Of a DNA stretch of 64,000 nucleotides, positions 37,024 to 45,192 are shown piece after piece. Under the pieces are notes generated by a model. It worked only from the letters and a program-made list of their open reading frames with translations. It had not been told where the DNA came from and searched no databases. Every line of letters starts with the position of its first letter. The first letter of the stretch is position 1. The DNA comes from an uncultured Myxococcales bacterium (GTDB taxonomy: Bacteria > Myxococcota_A > UBA9042 > CAZBRS01): NCBI GenBank assembly GCA_964494475.1, contig CAZBRS010000018.1, positions 26,058 to 90,057 of the forward strand, read 5' to 3'. The position numbers and the translations under genes were made by a program.

Positions 37024-37057
37024 GTACGGTCCTTGCCGTTCTGCAGCGACCGCCGCT

Positions 37058-38818
37058 CTACAGGCACGAGTCCTGCGCGCGGAGGTGCGGCACGAACCCG
37101 GCGGGCAGCGCGGGCACCGACGAGATCGAGAAGCGATCGGGCGCGAGCAGCGCCTTGGTCTTGTACTGGACGTCGACGTAGGTGACCAGGTTCGGTGCGG
37201 GGGGCACGGGCAGCAGGGCCCACCAGACCCCGGCGAAGACCCCGGTGCCCTTGTCCAGCTCGTTGCTGCCCCACAGGAAGGCGTCGTCGGTCGACCACCA
37301 GAAGCGCACCTCCTCGACCTGGAGCGCCGAGCCGCCGCCATCGACCGTGGCCGTGACCAGCACGCCGCCGCCCTGCGCCTGCACCACGACGACGGGCGCC
37401 GCCGGGACGTAGGCGAAGCTGGCGTCGCTGGTCAGCCAGTGCCGCAGCCACATGCGCTGGCCGCCCCGGGCGCGCAGGTCGGCGCGCTCGGCGATGGTGT
37501 CGGCGCTCTCGCCGCCCGTGAGGGCATAGCAGCCGTGGTCGAAGTTGGCGGCCAGCGACGTGCGGGTGGTCGCTCCGGTGATGGCGTTGAGGGTGGGCAC
37601 GTGGGCGTTCAGCGGGAAGAACTCGTCGCTCGTGCCGTTCACCATCAGGACGGGGGTCTTGGTCGCCGCCACCACCACGGCGGGGTCGAGCCAGGCCAGC
37701 AGCGTGGCCCACTCGGGGCTCGCGGCCGACAGCCCGGCGGCCTGCAGCAGGTCGTTCTGCCAGGCGTCGGGCGACTGGACGGCGAGGTCCCATCGGCCGC
37801 AGGCGCTCAAGGGAACGGCGGCCTTCACGCGGTCGTCGGCGCCCGAGACCACCAGCGTGGCCACGCCGCCCGCCGAGAAGCCCGTCATGCCCAAGCGCGA
37901 GGCGTCGACGTCGGGGCGGGTCGTCAGGCAAGTGAGGCCGCGCATGGCCGCGACCGGGTGGCCCCAGAACCACGTGCCGCGCACGTCGGGGAGGGTGTCG
38001 AACAGGTGGTAGCCGTTGTCGGACCCCGCCGGGAGCCCCTCGGAGACCGCGCACCCTTCGACGCCCGAGCCGCCCCCCGGGCCCGTGTAGGCGAGCACGG
38101 CCATCCCCAGCAGCGCGGCCGGCCCCGTGGCGCCCTCTTCCCTGGTGCAGCCCCCCAGGCCGTGGGCGTGGATGACGCCCGGTAACGTGGACGTGCCCGA
38201 CGGGCGCGCGAAGAAGCCGCGGATGGTGACGGGCTGCAGGACACCGTCGACGGCCTCCCACGAGACGTAGCTCACGTCCCACACGTCCAGCAGCGTCGCG
38301 TCCTTGAGCGCCATGCGCTGGTTCGTGAACGTGCACTGGGCGGTCGAGGCGTCGCGGATGGCGGCCTGGTCGAACAGCGGCACGCAGCCGCTCGTGCCCA
38401 GGGTGAACGTCCCCTCCGGACAGAGGGCGTCCCCCCCCTCGTCGGTCGCGGCGCCCGGATCCTCCGCGAGGTCGGCGGTCGCCTCCGGGGTGGCCTCGTC
38501 GGGCGCCCCCGCGTCGGGGGTGGCTTCGTCGGGTTGGCCGGGATCCGGGGTGGCGTCGGTCGCGGGGCCCGGATCCTCCGCGAGGTCGGCGGTCGCCTCC
38601 GGGGTGGCCTCGTCGGGTTGGCCGGGATCCGGGGCGGCGTCGGTCGCGGGGCCCGGATCCTTCGTGAGGTCGGCGGTCGCCTCCGGGGTCCCCACCTCGA
38701 GGTGATCTGCGTCCGGGCCGGCGTCCTGGCCGTTCGTCGCGTCGCTGGAGCCTCCGTGGCATCCCGCGAGCAGCACGCACCCCGTGAGCAACGCCAGCCA
38801 CGATCGCGATCTGCGCAT
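37058..38818 (-). CDS. Lipoprotein alpha/beta-hydrolase (esterase/peptidase S9-like)
   Basis: MRRSRSWLALLTGCVLLAGC. Nucleophile elbow GFSAGG. RBS GGAGG before the ATG at 38818. Confidence 0.7.
   Translation of the reverse strand: MRRSRSWLALLTGCVLLAGCHGGSSDATNGQDAGPDADHLEVGTPEATADLTKDPGPATDAAPDPGQPDEATPEATADLAEDPGPATDATPDPGQPDEATPDAGAPDEATPEATADLAEDPGAATDEGGDALCPEGTFTLGTSGCVPLFDQAAIRDASTAQCTFTNQRMALKDATLLDVWDVSYVSWEAVDGVLQPVTIRGFFARPSGTSTLPGVIHAHGLGGCTREEGATGPAALLGMAVLAYTGPGGGSGVEGCAVSEGLPAGSDNGYHLFDTLPDVRGTWFWGHPVAAMRGLTCLTTRPDVDASRLGMTGFSAGGVATLVVSGADDRVKAAVPLSACGRWDLAVQSPDAWQNDLLQAAGLSAASPEWATLLAWLDPAVVVAATKTPVLMVNGTSDEFFPLNAHVPTLNAITGATTRTSLAANFDHGCYALTGGESADTIAERADLRARGGQRMWLRHWLTSDASFAYVPAAPVVVVQAQGGGVLVTATVDGGGSALQVEEVRFWWSTDDAFLWGSNELDKGTGVFAGVWWALLPVPPAPNLVTYVDVQYKTKALLAPDRFSISSVPALPAGFVPHLRAQDSCL
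38454..38700 (-). repeat. Three tandem copies (114/84-nt period) encoding DEATPEATADLAEDPGPATD linker units
   Basis: CCCGGATCCTCCGCGAGGTCGGCGGTCGCCTCCGGGG recurs at 38454, 38568 and 38652 (third copy CCCGGATCCTTCGTGAGG, 2 mismatches). Confidence 0.8.
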
Positions 38819-38907
38819 GGGGAACCTCCGAGCCGTGCTCGAACGCCGGGGCCGCGCGGCACCCGTCCATCTGGTAATGACCGAGCGCTCGCTCCGGGTC
38901 AAGCACG

Positions 38908-39216
38908 ATGCTCCAGGACCTCCGAGAGGCCGTCCTGTACGTCCGGGCCGACAACCCGAGCGCCGCCCGGGCTACCGCGGCGCGCATCCGACAGGGCCTC
39001 GAGCGGTTGCCGCACTTCCCCGTGAGTAGCCGCGTCGTTCCCGAGCTCGCCGAGGCGGGCTATCGCGAGATCGTCGGCGCGACCCGACGTAGTCGACCGC
39101 CCCTCCAGGCGGAAATCGAAATCGGGCCGATCCGATCGCTTCGGGAAGTGGCGGACAAGCGCGTCCGACGCGCTCAGAACCGGTTGGACGTTTGGACTTG
39201 GTGGAGGGAAAGCTGA
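38908..39216 (+). CDS. ParE/RelE-like toxin remnant (N-terminally short, no partner antitoxin)
   Basis: LQDLREAVLYVRADNPSAARATAARI...LPHFP resembles the ParE N-terminal half. The C-terminal half is degenerate. Confidence 0.35.
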   Translation: MLQDLREAVLYVRADNPSAARATAARIRQGLERLPHFPVSSRVVPELAEAGYREIVGATRRSRPPLQAEIEIGPIRSLREVADKRVRRAQNRLDVWTWWRES

Positions 39217-39289
39217 GCACAGCAGGAAGCCTCCGCACAAAACATGAATGATATCTACGGCAGAGGCTTCCGCGGACCGCGTCAGCCTA

Positions 39290-39574
39290 TCAGGCCGCTA
39301 GTCTCAGACTCACGCGCATCCCCGCTCGGGTCGCGAGCGTGATCAGCATTTCCAGGCTGAACTTCTCCCACTTGCCTCGCACGAGGTCAGAGACCCTGGA
39401 CTGGCTCACGCCGAAGATGCCCGCCGCCGCGGATTGCGTCAGGCTCTTCTTCTGGATGAATTTGCGCAAGTCGCTCATCAGGTCGGATCGCATTTGCAGG
39501 ATCGCCGCCTCGTCCGCAGAGAACCCGAGATCGAGGAACACGTTCCCCGAAGATTCGACGATGGGTGCGTCCAT
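39290..39574 (-). CDS. XRE-family HTH antitoxin (HigA-like)
   Basis: LTQSAAAGIFGVSQSRVSDLVRGK. 4 nt downstream of the Gp49/HigB-like gene. Confidence 0.8.
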   Translation of the reverse strand: MDAPIVESSGNVFLDLGFSADEAAILQMRSDLMSDLRKFIQKKSLTQSAAAGIFGVSQSRVSDLVRGKWEKFSLEMLITLATRAGMRVSLRLAA

Positions 39575-39578
39575 GTTG

Positions 39579-39893
39579 TCAACCTCCCAATTCCCGATAC
39601 CGTTTCCGAGCCAACTCGATGTCCTTCATGCTCGTCTTCCGGGTCTTCTTCTGAAACGAATGCAGTACGTAGACGGCATCGGACAGCCTGACAACGTAAA
39701 GAACCCGCCACTCACCCAGGACGTGGATTCGAATCTCGCTGACTCCCGCGCCAACGGTCTGCACGGTCTTCCAGTCAGTAGGTTCGAGCCCAGCCTGCAC
39801 AGCTCGCAACTCGAAGCCGGCCGCACGGCGCGCCTCCATCGGGAAATCGCGGAGGTCGTCCAGACTGGAGCCTACGAACTTCAGCGGCTTCAT
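39579..39893 (-). CDS. Gp49/HigB-like RelE-superfamily toxin
   Basis: MKPLKFVGSSLDDLRDFP...EWRVLYV...VYVLHSFQKKT. Start moved to the second ATG because the first lies inside the -10 hexamer. Confidence 0.8.
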   Translation of the reverse strand: MKPLKFVGSSLDDLRDFPMEARRAAGFELRAVQAGLEPTDWKTVQTVGAGVSEIRIHVLGEWRVLYVVRLSDAVYVLHSFQKKTRKTSMKDIELARKRYRELGG

Positions 39894-39900
39894 GAACTGC

Positions 39901-39928
39901 ATTATACAAGTACTTATATTGGAGTCAA
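39901..39928 (-). promoter_or_regulatory. Near-consensus sigma-70 promoter giving a leaderless toxin mRNA
   Basis: Minus strand TTGACT-N16-TATAAT, then 7 nt, then the ATG at 39893. Confidence 0.6.
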
Positions 39929-40090
39929 GCTCTCAGCTGTGGTCGCCGACTTGTGCCGAGGACTCGTGCACGGAAGTCCAGGTTGCGCTGGTGATCAGCA
40001 GCGCTGTTGACCGCCCGCTCGCGGCAAAGCGCTCGACGTCCTTTTCGGGACCGAGTCGAGTGGAGGACTCGTTGCTGAGGTCCAACTTCC

Positions 40091-40468
40091 TCATCGGACG
40101 CCGCCTCCCTTGCGCATCACCGCTTGATGTGCCGCACCCTTCGGCGTCAACCGATATCGCTGCCTGCTGCTCTTCGGCTTGTCCGGGATCGTCATCTCGA
40201 CGAAGCCGGACTCCAGCGCCGGCAACAGGTAGGCCGCGCGGAAGTAGTCCTCGTGGCGAAGCCCCAGGGCTCCTTGAATCTCTGTGCGTCGCATTTCGCC
40301 TTGGAGAACGAGGACCACGCGCTCCACTTCCCCGGTGACTTCCCCGGTGACTTCCCCGGTGACTTCCCCGGTGACTTCCCCGGTGGTCGCGGCCGGGCGT
40401 CGGACCGTCAAGCACTTCTGCGGAGCAGTCGGCGTCGCCACGTTGCGCTCGGCGCGGGGTCGTGGCAC
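40091..40468 (-). pseudogene. C-terminal fragment of a RecG-like/AlbA_2-type ATP-binding regulator
   Basis: (TGEV)x5 followed by LQGEMRRTEIQGALGLRHEDYFRAAYLLPALESGFVEMTIPDKPKSSRQRYRLTPKG, the tail typical of these ~480-aa proteins. The N-terminal ~350 aa are absent. Confidence 0.5.
40327..40386 (-). repeat. Five tandem 12-bp repeats (CTTCCCCGGTGA on the plus strand)
   Basis: Direct reading. Encodes TGEV x5 on the minus strand. Confidence 0.9.
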
Positions 40469-40495
40469 AGTTCAGGCTCCCAAGAGGAGGGGCGC

Positions 40496-41047
40496 TTGTT
40501 CGACGGGCCGGAGTGGTTTTGGCCGAGGGTGGTGGCCGCGGTGGCGATCGTGGTGTGGGGGATCCGGCGCTACCGGTGGGCCCGACGTCGCATCATCAGC
40601 GTCCGCTTCAAGGAACTGGCCGACGCGCTGCATGGGACGGCGAAGGAAGGCATGTTCGCCTTGCGGATCTCGGCCGTCTACGAAGGACGCGCTCTCCGAC
40701 TGCGCCTGCCCATGCCGTGGGATTGGTACTCCCGTCGCGATATCGTCATCGAATTCGGCGTATCTGCTCATCTCAGGGGCAAGATCCGCCCGACCCACGC
40801 GCTGGACGACGTCCGGCGGATGCACCCGAACGGCTCACCAGGGATGGACGCTGAGTCTATCGACTGGTTCGTGGGCGCTGGGATGGGCCCGCTCGTGTTC
40901 CGCGGGGGCAAGGCTCGGGTGGCGTATCACTGGGACTGGCGGGACGACGGTGTCCAGCGCGAGGCGTTGAAACTGGAACTGATCCTCCTGTCGAGCTTGA
41001 TCGACTCCGTTGATCCGGGCGGACCTATCGGGAGAGCCACCACGTGA
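40496..41047 (+). CDS. Hypothetical membrane protein
   Basis: TTG start 5 nt after AGGAGG. TM WPRVVAAVAIVVWGI. No recognised domain. Confidence 0.45.
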   Translation: MFDGPEWFWPRVVAAVAIVVWGIRRYRWARRRIISVRFKELADALHGTAKEGMFALRISAVYEGRALRLRLPMPWDWYSRRDIVIEFGVSAHLRGKIRPTHALDDVRRMHPNGSPGMDAESIDWFVGAGMGPLVFRGGKARVAYHWDWRDDGVQREALKLELILLSSLIDSVDPGGPIGRATT

Positions 41048-42122
41048 CGGCGTCGGCGAATTCGGCCAGCCCGCCGGTGATGCCTTTTTCGGCCCAATAG
41101 TCGCCGGCCTCGCTGGCGGTCTTCATGACCTTGCCGTACTCGCCCGCCTTGCTGCGCTCGTGGACCGCATCCATGCCCCGCGTGTCGCCCGTGACCACGC
41201 CCTCCCCGATGGCCGACAGCGCCGCCGCGCCGCCGCGATAGACCTGGCTCAACTTGTAGTCCTCGGGCACGAGCGCGTCGGCCACACCCACCGCCGGGTG
41301 CGCCATGACGAGCGCGCCTCCCCCTCCGGCCAGCGCGGCGTTGGCAGCCCTACCCCCCGTCGTGGTATTGGGCGAGTCCTGGTGGGCGGCCACCGTGTCC
41401 ATGGCCGCGCCGACCGCCATCAACCCGTTGACGAACGCCTTGCTGGACACGACCCTCCCCGCGGCAAGGAGTCCGCGGCCCACCTGGCTGGCCTGGAGCG
41501 AGGCCTCCAGCGCGGCGGCGGCCCCGCCCAGCCTGGCCATGGCAGCACCTCTCGCTCCGGCCTTGGCTCGCTCGTACTTCCTGAGGAGTTGGTTCGCGTC
41601 CGCGACCGACGCGTGCACCGTTGCGCCCTCCGCCGCGGCCACTTCTAACGCCGTGCGGGCTTCGGCGAGTTTGGCGGTCGCCTTTGCGCCGCCGCCGTTC
41701 TTCAACTGGCTCTCGACGGACCGCAGGTTCCGACGCATGAGGCGCAGGTCGTGCGTCATTCGAGCGTCCGTATCGAGGGTGGCGCGCGCCGCGGCCTGGT
41801 GCTTCGCGAAGTCCGCGGCCTCCTTCACCTCGGGGGCTGCCTCCTTCAGTCCTTCCCCGACCGCATGGGCCTTGTGCGCCGCATGCGCCGCATGCTCGGC
41901 GTAGCCGCCATCCTGGTGCTCGCCGCCGCCGAGTCCTGCCGGACCTGTCGTTTCACCGTGCCGCGTCGGTGCCACGATCGCCTGCTGCGCCTTGAGCCCG
42001 GGAGTGCGTTTCAAGACCGCGAGCGTCCCTCCCTGCCCGCCGGCCGGTGCTGGCGTCGGCGCCCCGCGACGCTCCTCATTCTGTTGTTCCGTCGACGCCC
42101 TGGCCTCGGGATTGTGCGCCAT
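41025..42122 (-). CDS. Hypothetical Ala/Gly-rich protein
   Basis: ATG 42122 with a GAGG RBS (the listed ORF start overlaps the tRNA). HAAHAAHKAH stretch, coiled-coil-like middle, Gly/Ala-rich hydrophobic C-terminal part. Confidence 0.5.
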   Translation of the reverse strand: MAHNPEARASTEQQNEERRGAPTPAPAGGQGGTLAVLKRTPGLKAQQAIVAPTRHGETTGPAGLGGGEHQDGGYAEHAAHAAHKAHAVGEGLKEAAPEVKEAADFAKHQAAARATLDTDARMTHDLRLMRRNLRSVESQLKNGGGAKATAKLAEARTALEVAAAEGATVHASVADANQLLRKYERAKAGARGAAMARLGGAAAALEASLQASQVGRGLLAAGRVVSSKAFVNGLMAVGAAMDTVAAHQDSPNTTTGGRAANAALAGGGGALVMAHPAVGVADALVPEDYKLSQVYRGGAAALSAIGEGVVTGDTRGMDAVHERSKAGEYGKVMKTASEAGDYWAEKGITGGLAEFADAVTWWLSR

Positions 42123-42221
42123 AGCGACCTCAGCGAAAGGGTGCGTATCTGGCAATCTACGGGATTGAACCCGGAGGATCAACTTTGACTGTGACCTGGG
42201 ATCGGAGTAGCCGAAGAAACT

Positions 42222-42246
42222 AAAAAGCCCCCGGTTACCCGGAGGC
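42222..42246 (-). terminator. Rho-independent terminator of tRNA-Ala
   Basis: Minus strand GCCTCCGG-GTAA-CCGGGGGC followed by TTTTT, 4 nt after the tRNA CCA end. Confidence 0.65.
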
Positions 42247-42250
42247 TTTC

Positions 42251-42326
42251 TGGTGGAGATGAAGGGATTCGAACCCTCGGCCTCTGCCTTGCGAAGGCAG
42301 CGCTCTCCCAACTGAGCTACATCCCC
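42251..42326 (-). tRNA. tRNA-Ala (anticodon CGC), CCA encoded
   Basis: Minus strand GGGGATGTAGCTCAGTTGGGAGAGCGCTGCCTTCGCAAGGCAGAGGCCGAGGGTTCGAATCCCTTCATCTCCACCA. Cloverleaf folds, G3:U70 present, anticodon loop TTCGCAA. Confidence 0.95.
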
Positions 42327-42421
42327 ACACGACGGAGGCGGTGTCTACCATCCGGGCGGGGCGGGGGTCAACTGAAAACGTGAGGCGGGGACTGCGGGCC
42401 TGCCCGGTGGCGTGGCGCCGC

Positions 42422-42997
42422 TCAGCGCCCCAGGTCGTTGACCCAGCGCTGCACGGTCGAGGGAAACGCCGCTGCGCGTTCGGTCAGGGTCTCTCGGTTC
42501 AGGTTTTCGAGGTTCGGCTCGCCGAACGGCTCGCGTTCGTGCTGCAGGCGGCGCAGGTACGCCAGGTCGAGCAGGGCCTTCTCGGGGGTGGCCAGCAGTC
42601 CGCTTGGGGTCGCCTCGAAGCCGGTGTAGAGGCGGGGCGCGATGCGGTGGAACTCGAGCTCGCCCAGGCCGGTCGTGACGCGGCCCGGGCGCCCGAGCGT
42701 GACGCAGGTCACGACCGCGGGGGCCTGGTCCAGCACGCCGTGCAGGAACAGGGCGTGCTCGAGGGAGATGTAGGCGGGGCGGAGGGCGCACGCTGCAGCC
42801 TCCAGGGACGGCGGGCGCAGGCCGTTGGCGTACAGCTCGGGGCCCACCCGCAGGAGCAACCTGCGCGCCAGCAGGCGCTGGGCGGCCTTGCGCGCGGCGT
42901 CTCGCTCCAGGTGGCCGAGCTTCATGAGGTCGGCCAGGTGGAAGAAGGGCCGACCCTCGTTCAGGACTCGCACCCAGTCACCGAGCGAGGCGCTCAC
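42422..42997 (-). CDS. AbiEi-family antitoxin-like protein
   Basis: GTG start overlapping the upstream stop (GTGA). LGDWVRVLNEGRPFFHLADLMKL...YISLEHALFLHGV. Confidence 0.7.
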   Translation of the reverse strand: MSASLGDWVRVLNEGRPFFHLADLMKLGHLERDAARKAAQRLLARRLLLRVGPELYANGLRPPSLEAAACALRPAYISLEHALFLHGVLDQAPAVVTCVTLGRPGRVTTGLGELEFHRIAPRLYTGFEATPSGLLATPEKALLDLAYLRRLQHEREPFGEPNLENLNRETLTERAAAFPSTVQRWVNDLGR

Positions 42998-43809
42998 CGG
43001 AGCACCTCGTCGAGGACTCTGCGCGTCGCGGCGCGCACGGTCTGGTAGCCGTCGGTTTCGAGCAGTCGACGCGTCGGCCCGGGAAGGAAGCGTCCCAGCT
43101 CGTCGACGAGATCGTGACCGTCCAGTTCGGTGAGCCGGCACCGCAGGGACTCCAGGGGGGCCGCGGTTCCGTAGTCGGCGAACTTCTGGTGGGCCAGTCC
43201 GACGTCGATCGGGACGTGCAGGATGTCGGCCAGGAACCACACGTCGAAGAGGTCGCGGGCTTTCAGGTAGGGTCGCTGCGCCAGCGCGTTCACCTTGTCG
43301 GCGAGCAGCTCGCGGGGAGAACAGGCCACGACCAGCGGCCGGGGCGTGTAGGGCTGCACCTCCCGACAGAGCGGCGACGGGCGGGCATCGTGGGCCGGGT
43401 ACCGGCCTGCTTCGAGCTTGACGCGCAGCACTTCGCGGGCGCCCAGACGCTGATAGCGGAACCACCAGGTGCGCAGGCGGCCCCCGGCGCCCGGTTTGGG
43501 CGCATCGAGGCGCGCGTCACCGGGGCCGAGCACGCTTGCCAGGCGACCGGCGGCGCTGCGTGCCGCGTCGGCCATCAACCGATCGAGCTCGTCGTCGGAG
43601 AGGTGGTTCGTGACCAGGTCGAGATCTTCCGAGTAGCGATAGCCGCCGTGCACCAGCCGCACGCACGTGCCCCCCTGGAAGGCAAGCCGTAGCGAGAGCG
43701 GCGCAGCGTACAACGCGTCGAGCAGGAAGAACTGGATGGCCTCCATGGCGACGATGCGGGCAGAGACGCCTTCTGCGGTCGCGCGCGCTTCGATCTCGTG
43801 CCACGTCAT
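42994..43809 (-). CDS. AbiEii/AbiGii nucleotidyltransferase toxin (DUF1814)
   Basis: LRLAFQGGTCVRLVHGGYRYSEDLDLV, later KARDLFDVWFL. Confidence 0.8.
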   Translation of the reverse strand: MTWHEIEARATAEGVSARIVAMEAIQFFLLDALYAAPLSLRLAFQGGTCVRLVHGGYRYSEDLDLVTNHLSDDELDRLMADAARSAAGRLASVLGPGDARLDAPKPGAGGRLRTWWFRYQRLGAREVLRVKLEAGRYPAHDARPSPLCREVQPYTPRPLVVACSPRELLADKVNALAQRPYLKARDLFDVWFLADILHVPIDVGLAHQKFADYGTAAPLESLRCRLTELDGHDLVDELGRFLPGPTRRLLETDGYQTVRAATRRVLDEVLR

Positions 43810-43968
43810 GAAGGACCTACTTTCGTTGCGAGAATAAGACAGATGCGTCCCAAATGCAAAACGAACTGTCGCGTCGGAATGGTCGGAGGGCAGGCGCAAG
43901 GCCTGCCCCTACGGTCTTGCAGGGGCGCTGGAAACGCGCTAGACGTCGTGCCGAACGCCGGGGGACGC

Positions 43969-45099
43969 ATGAAGCCCTTCATCGTCATGGAGCTGCTGGC
44001 CCGTGCGCAGGCCCTGGAGGCCGCGGGGCACTCGGTCATCCACATGGAGGTGGGCGAGCCCGATCTGCCGCCTCCGGAGGTGTGCCGGCGGGCGGCGGTC
44101 GAGGCCGTGCTCGCGAACCGCAACCGGTACTCGCACAGCTTCGGCCTGCTCGAACTGCGCGAGGCCATCGCGGGGTACTACCGCGAGGTCCATGGCGTCG
44201 AGGTGCCGGCGCGCCGCGTCGTGGCCACCACGGGCACGTCGGGGGCGTTCCTCTTGGTCTTGAGCGGCCTCGTGCCGCGCGGGGCTCGCGTGGCCGTCAC
44301 CGATCCGGGGTATCCCTGCTACCCCAACTTCTTCGAGGTGCTCGGCCTCGAGACCGTGCGTATCCCGGTCGACGCGGCCGACGGCTTCCGGCCTCGCGTC
44401 GACCGCCTCGACGCGGCGCTCGCCGAGGGGCCCATCGCGGCCATGATCCTGACCAGCCCCTCGAACCCGACGGGGGCCATGCTGTCCCGCGACGCGTACC
44501 GGGCCGTGCTGGAGCGCATCCCGCTCGTGATCTCGGACGAGATCTACCAGGGCATCGTGGTGGCCGACGGCGTCGACGAGTTCACCGGCGCGGAGTTCGG
44601 CGAGCGCGTGGTGGTCATCGACGGCTTCTCGAAGAAGTGGTCGTTGACGGGGGGGCGCCTGGGTTGGGCGGTGGTCCCCGAGGCGTCGCTCGAGGCGCTC
44701 ACCATGCTCACGCAGAACCTGTTCATCTGCCCGCCCACCATGACGCAGCACGCGGGCGTGGCGGCGCTGTCGACCGCGGGGCTCGCCGAGGTGCGGGCGC
44801 GGCGGGCGCTCTACCGCGAGCGCGTCGACGCAGTCGTGGCGGCCGTCGAGGGCCTGGGCCTCACCGTGCCCTGCCGTCCGCAGGGCGCCTTCTATCTATA
44901 CGTCGACGTGGGGTCGGTCACCGACGACGCCTACGCCTTCTGCTTCGACCTGCTCGATCGCGGCTACGTGGCCGTCACGCCGGGGGCCGACTTCGGCCTG
45001 CACCGCGCGGCCACCCACGTGCGCCTCTCGCTCGCGAACAGCCTGCCGAACCTGCTCGAGGGGGTGCGCCGGATGGGAGCCTACCTCCGGGATCGCTGA
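43969..45099 (+). CDS. Class I/II pyridoxal-phosphate aminotransferase (aspartate aminotransferase-like)
   Basis: HMEVGEPDLPPP, NRYSHSFGLLELREAI, SPSNPTGAM, FSKKWSLTGGRLGW (PLP lysine). Confidence 0.85.
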   Translation: MKPFIVMELLARAQALEAAGHSVIHMEVGEPDLPPPEVCRRAAVEAVLANRNRYSHSFGLLELREAIAGYYREVHGVEVPARRVVATTGTSGAFLLVLSGLVPRGARVAVTDPGYPCYPNFFEVLGLETVRIPVDAADGFRPRVDRLDAALAEGPIAAMILTSPSNPTGAMLSRDAYRAVLERIPLVISDEIYQGIVVADGVDEFTGAEFGERVVVIDGFSKKWSLTGGRLGWAVVPEASLEALTMLTQNLFICPPTMTQHAGVAALSTAGLAEVRARRALYRERVDAVVAAVEGLGLTVPCRPQGAFYLYVDVGSVTDDAYAFCFDLLDRGYVAVTPGADFGLHRAATHVRLSLANSLPNLLEGVRRMGAYLRDR

Positions 45100-45192
45100 A
45101 GCGCGCCGCCGTTCGGTCCATTGACCCCCTCGGCCGCTTCCTCGATAATCCGCCCCACGAGGCCGACCCGCACCCGGCCAGGAGGCTCCCTG

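Noticed and set aside
32278-37341. Rest of the 1791-aa minus-strand ORF 31966..37341, opposite the CotH gene
   Set aside because: Arg/Gly/Ala/Pro-rich low-complexity translation with no motifs, typical of a high-GC antisense shadow ORF. Only its last 104 codons (the Smr gene with its own RBS) look real, and the plus strand carries clear domains.
39197-39212. Possible direct repeat of the tRNA-Ala 3' end (TGGTGGAG...AAG) that would bound a 3-kb island
   Set aside because: Only an 8-nt exact match plus scattered identities. That is expected by chance in 64 kb and is too weak to call an att site.
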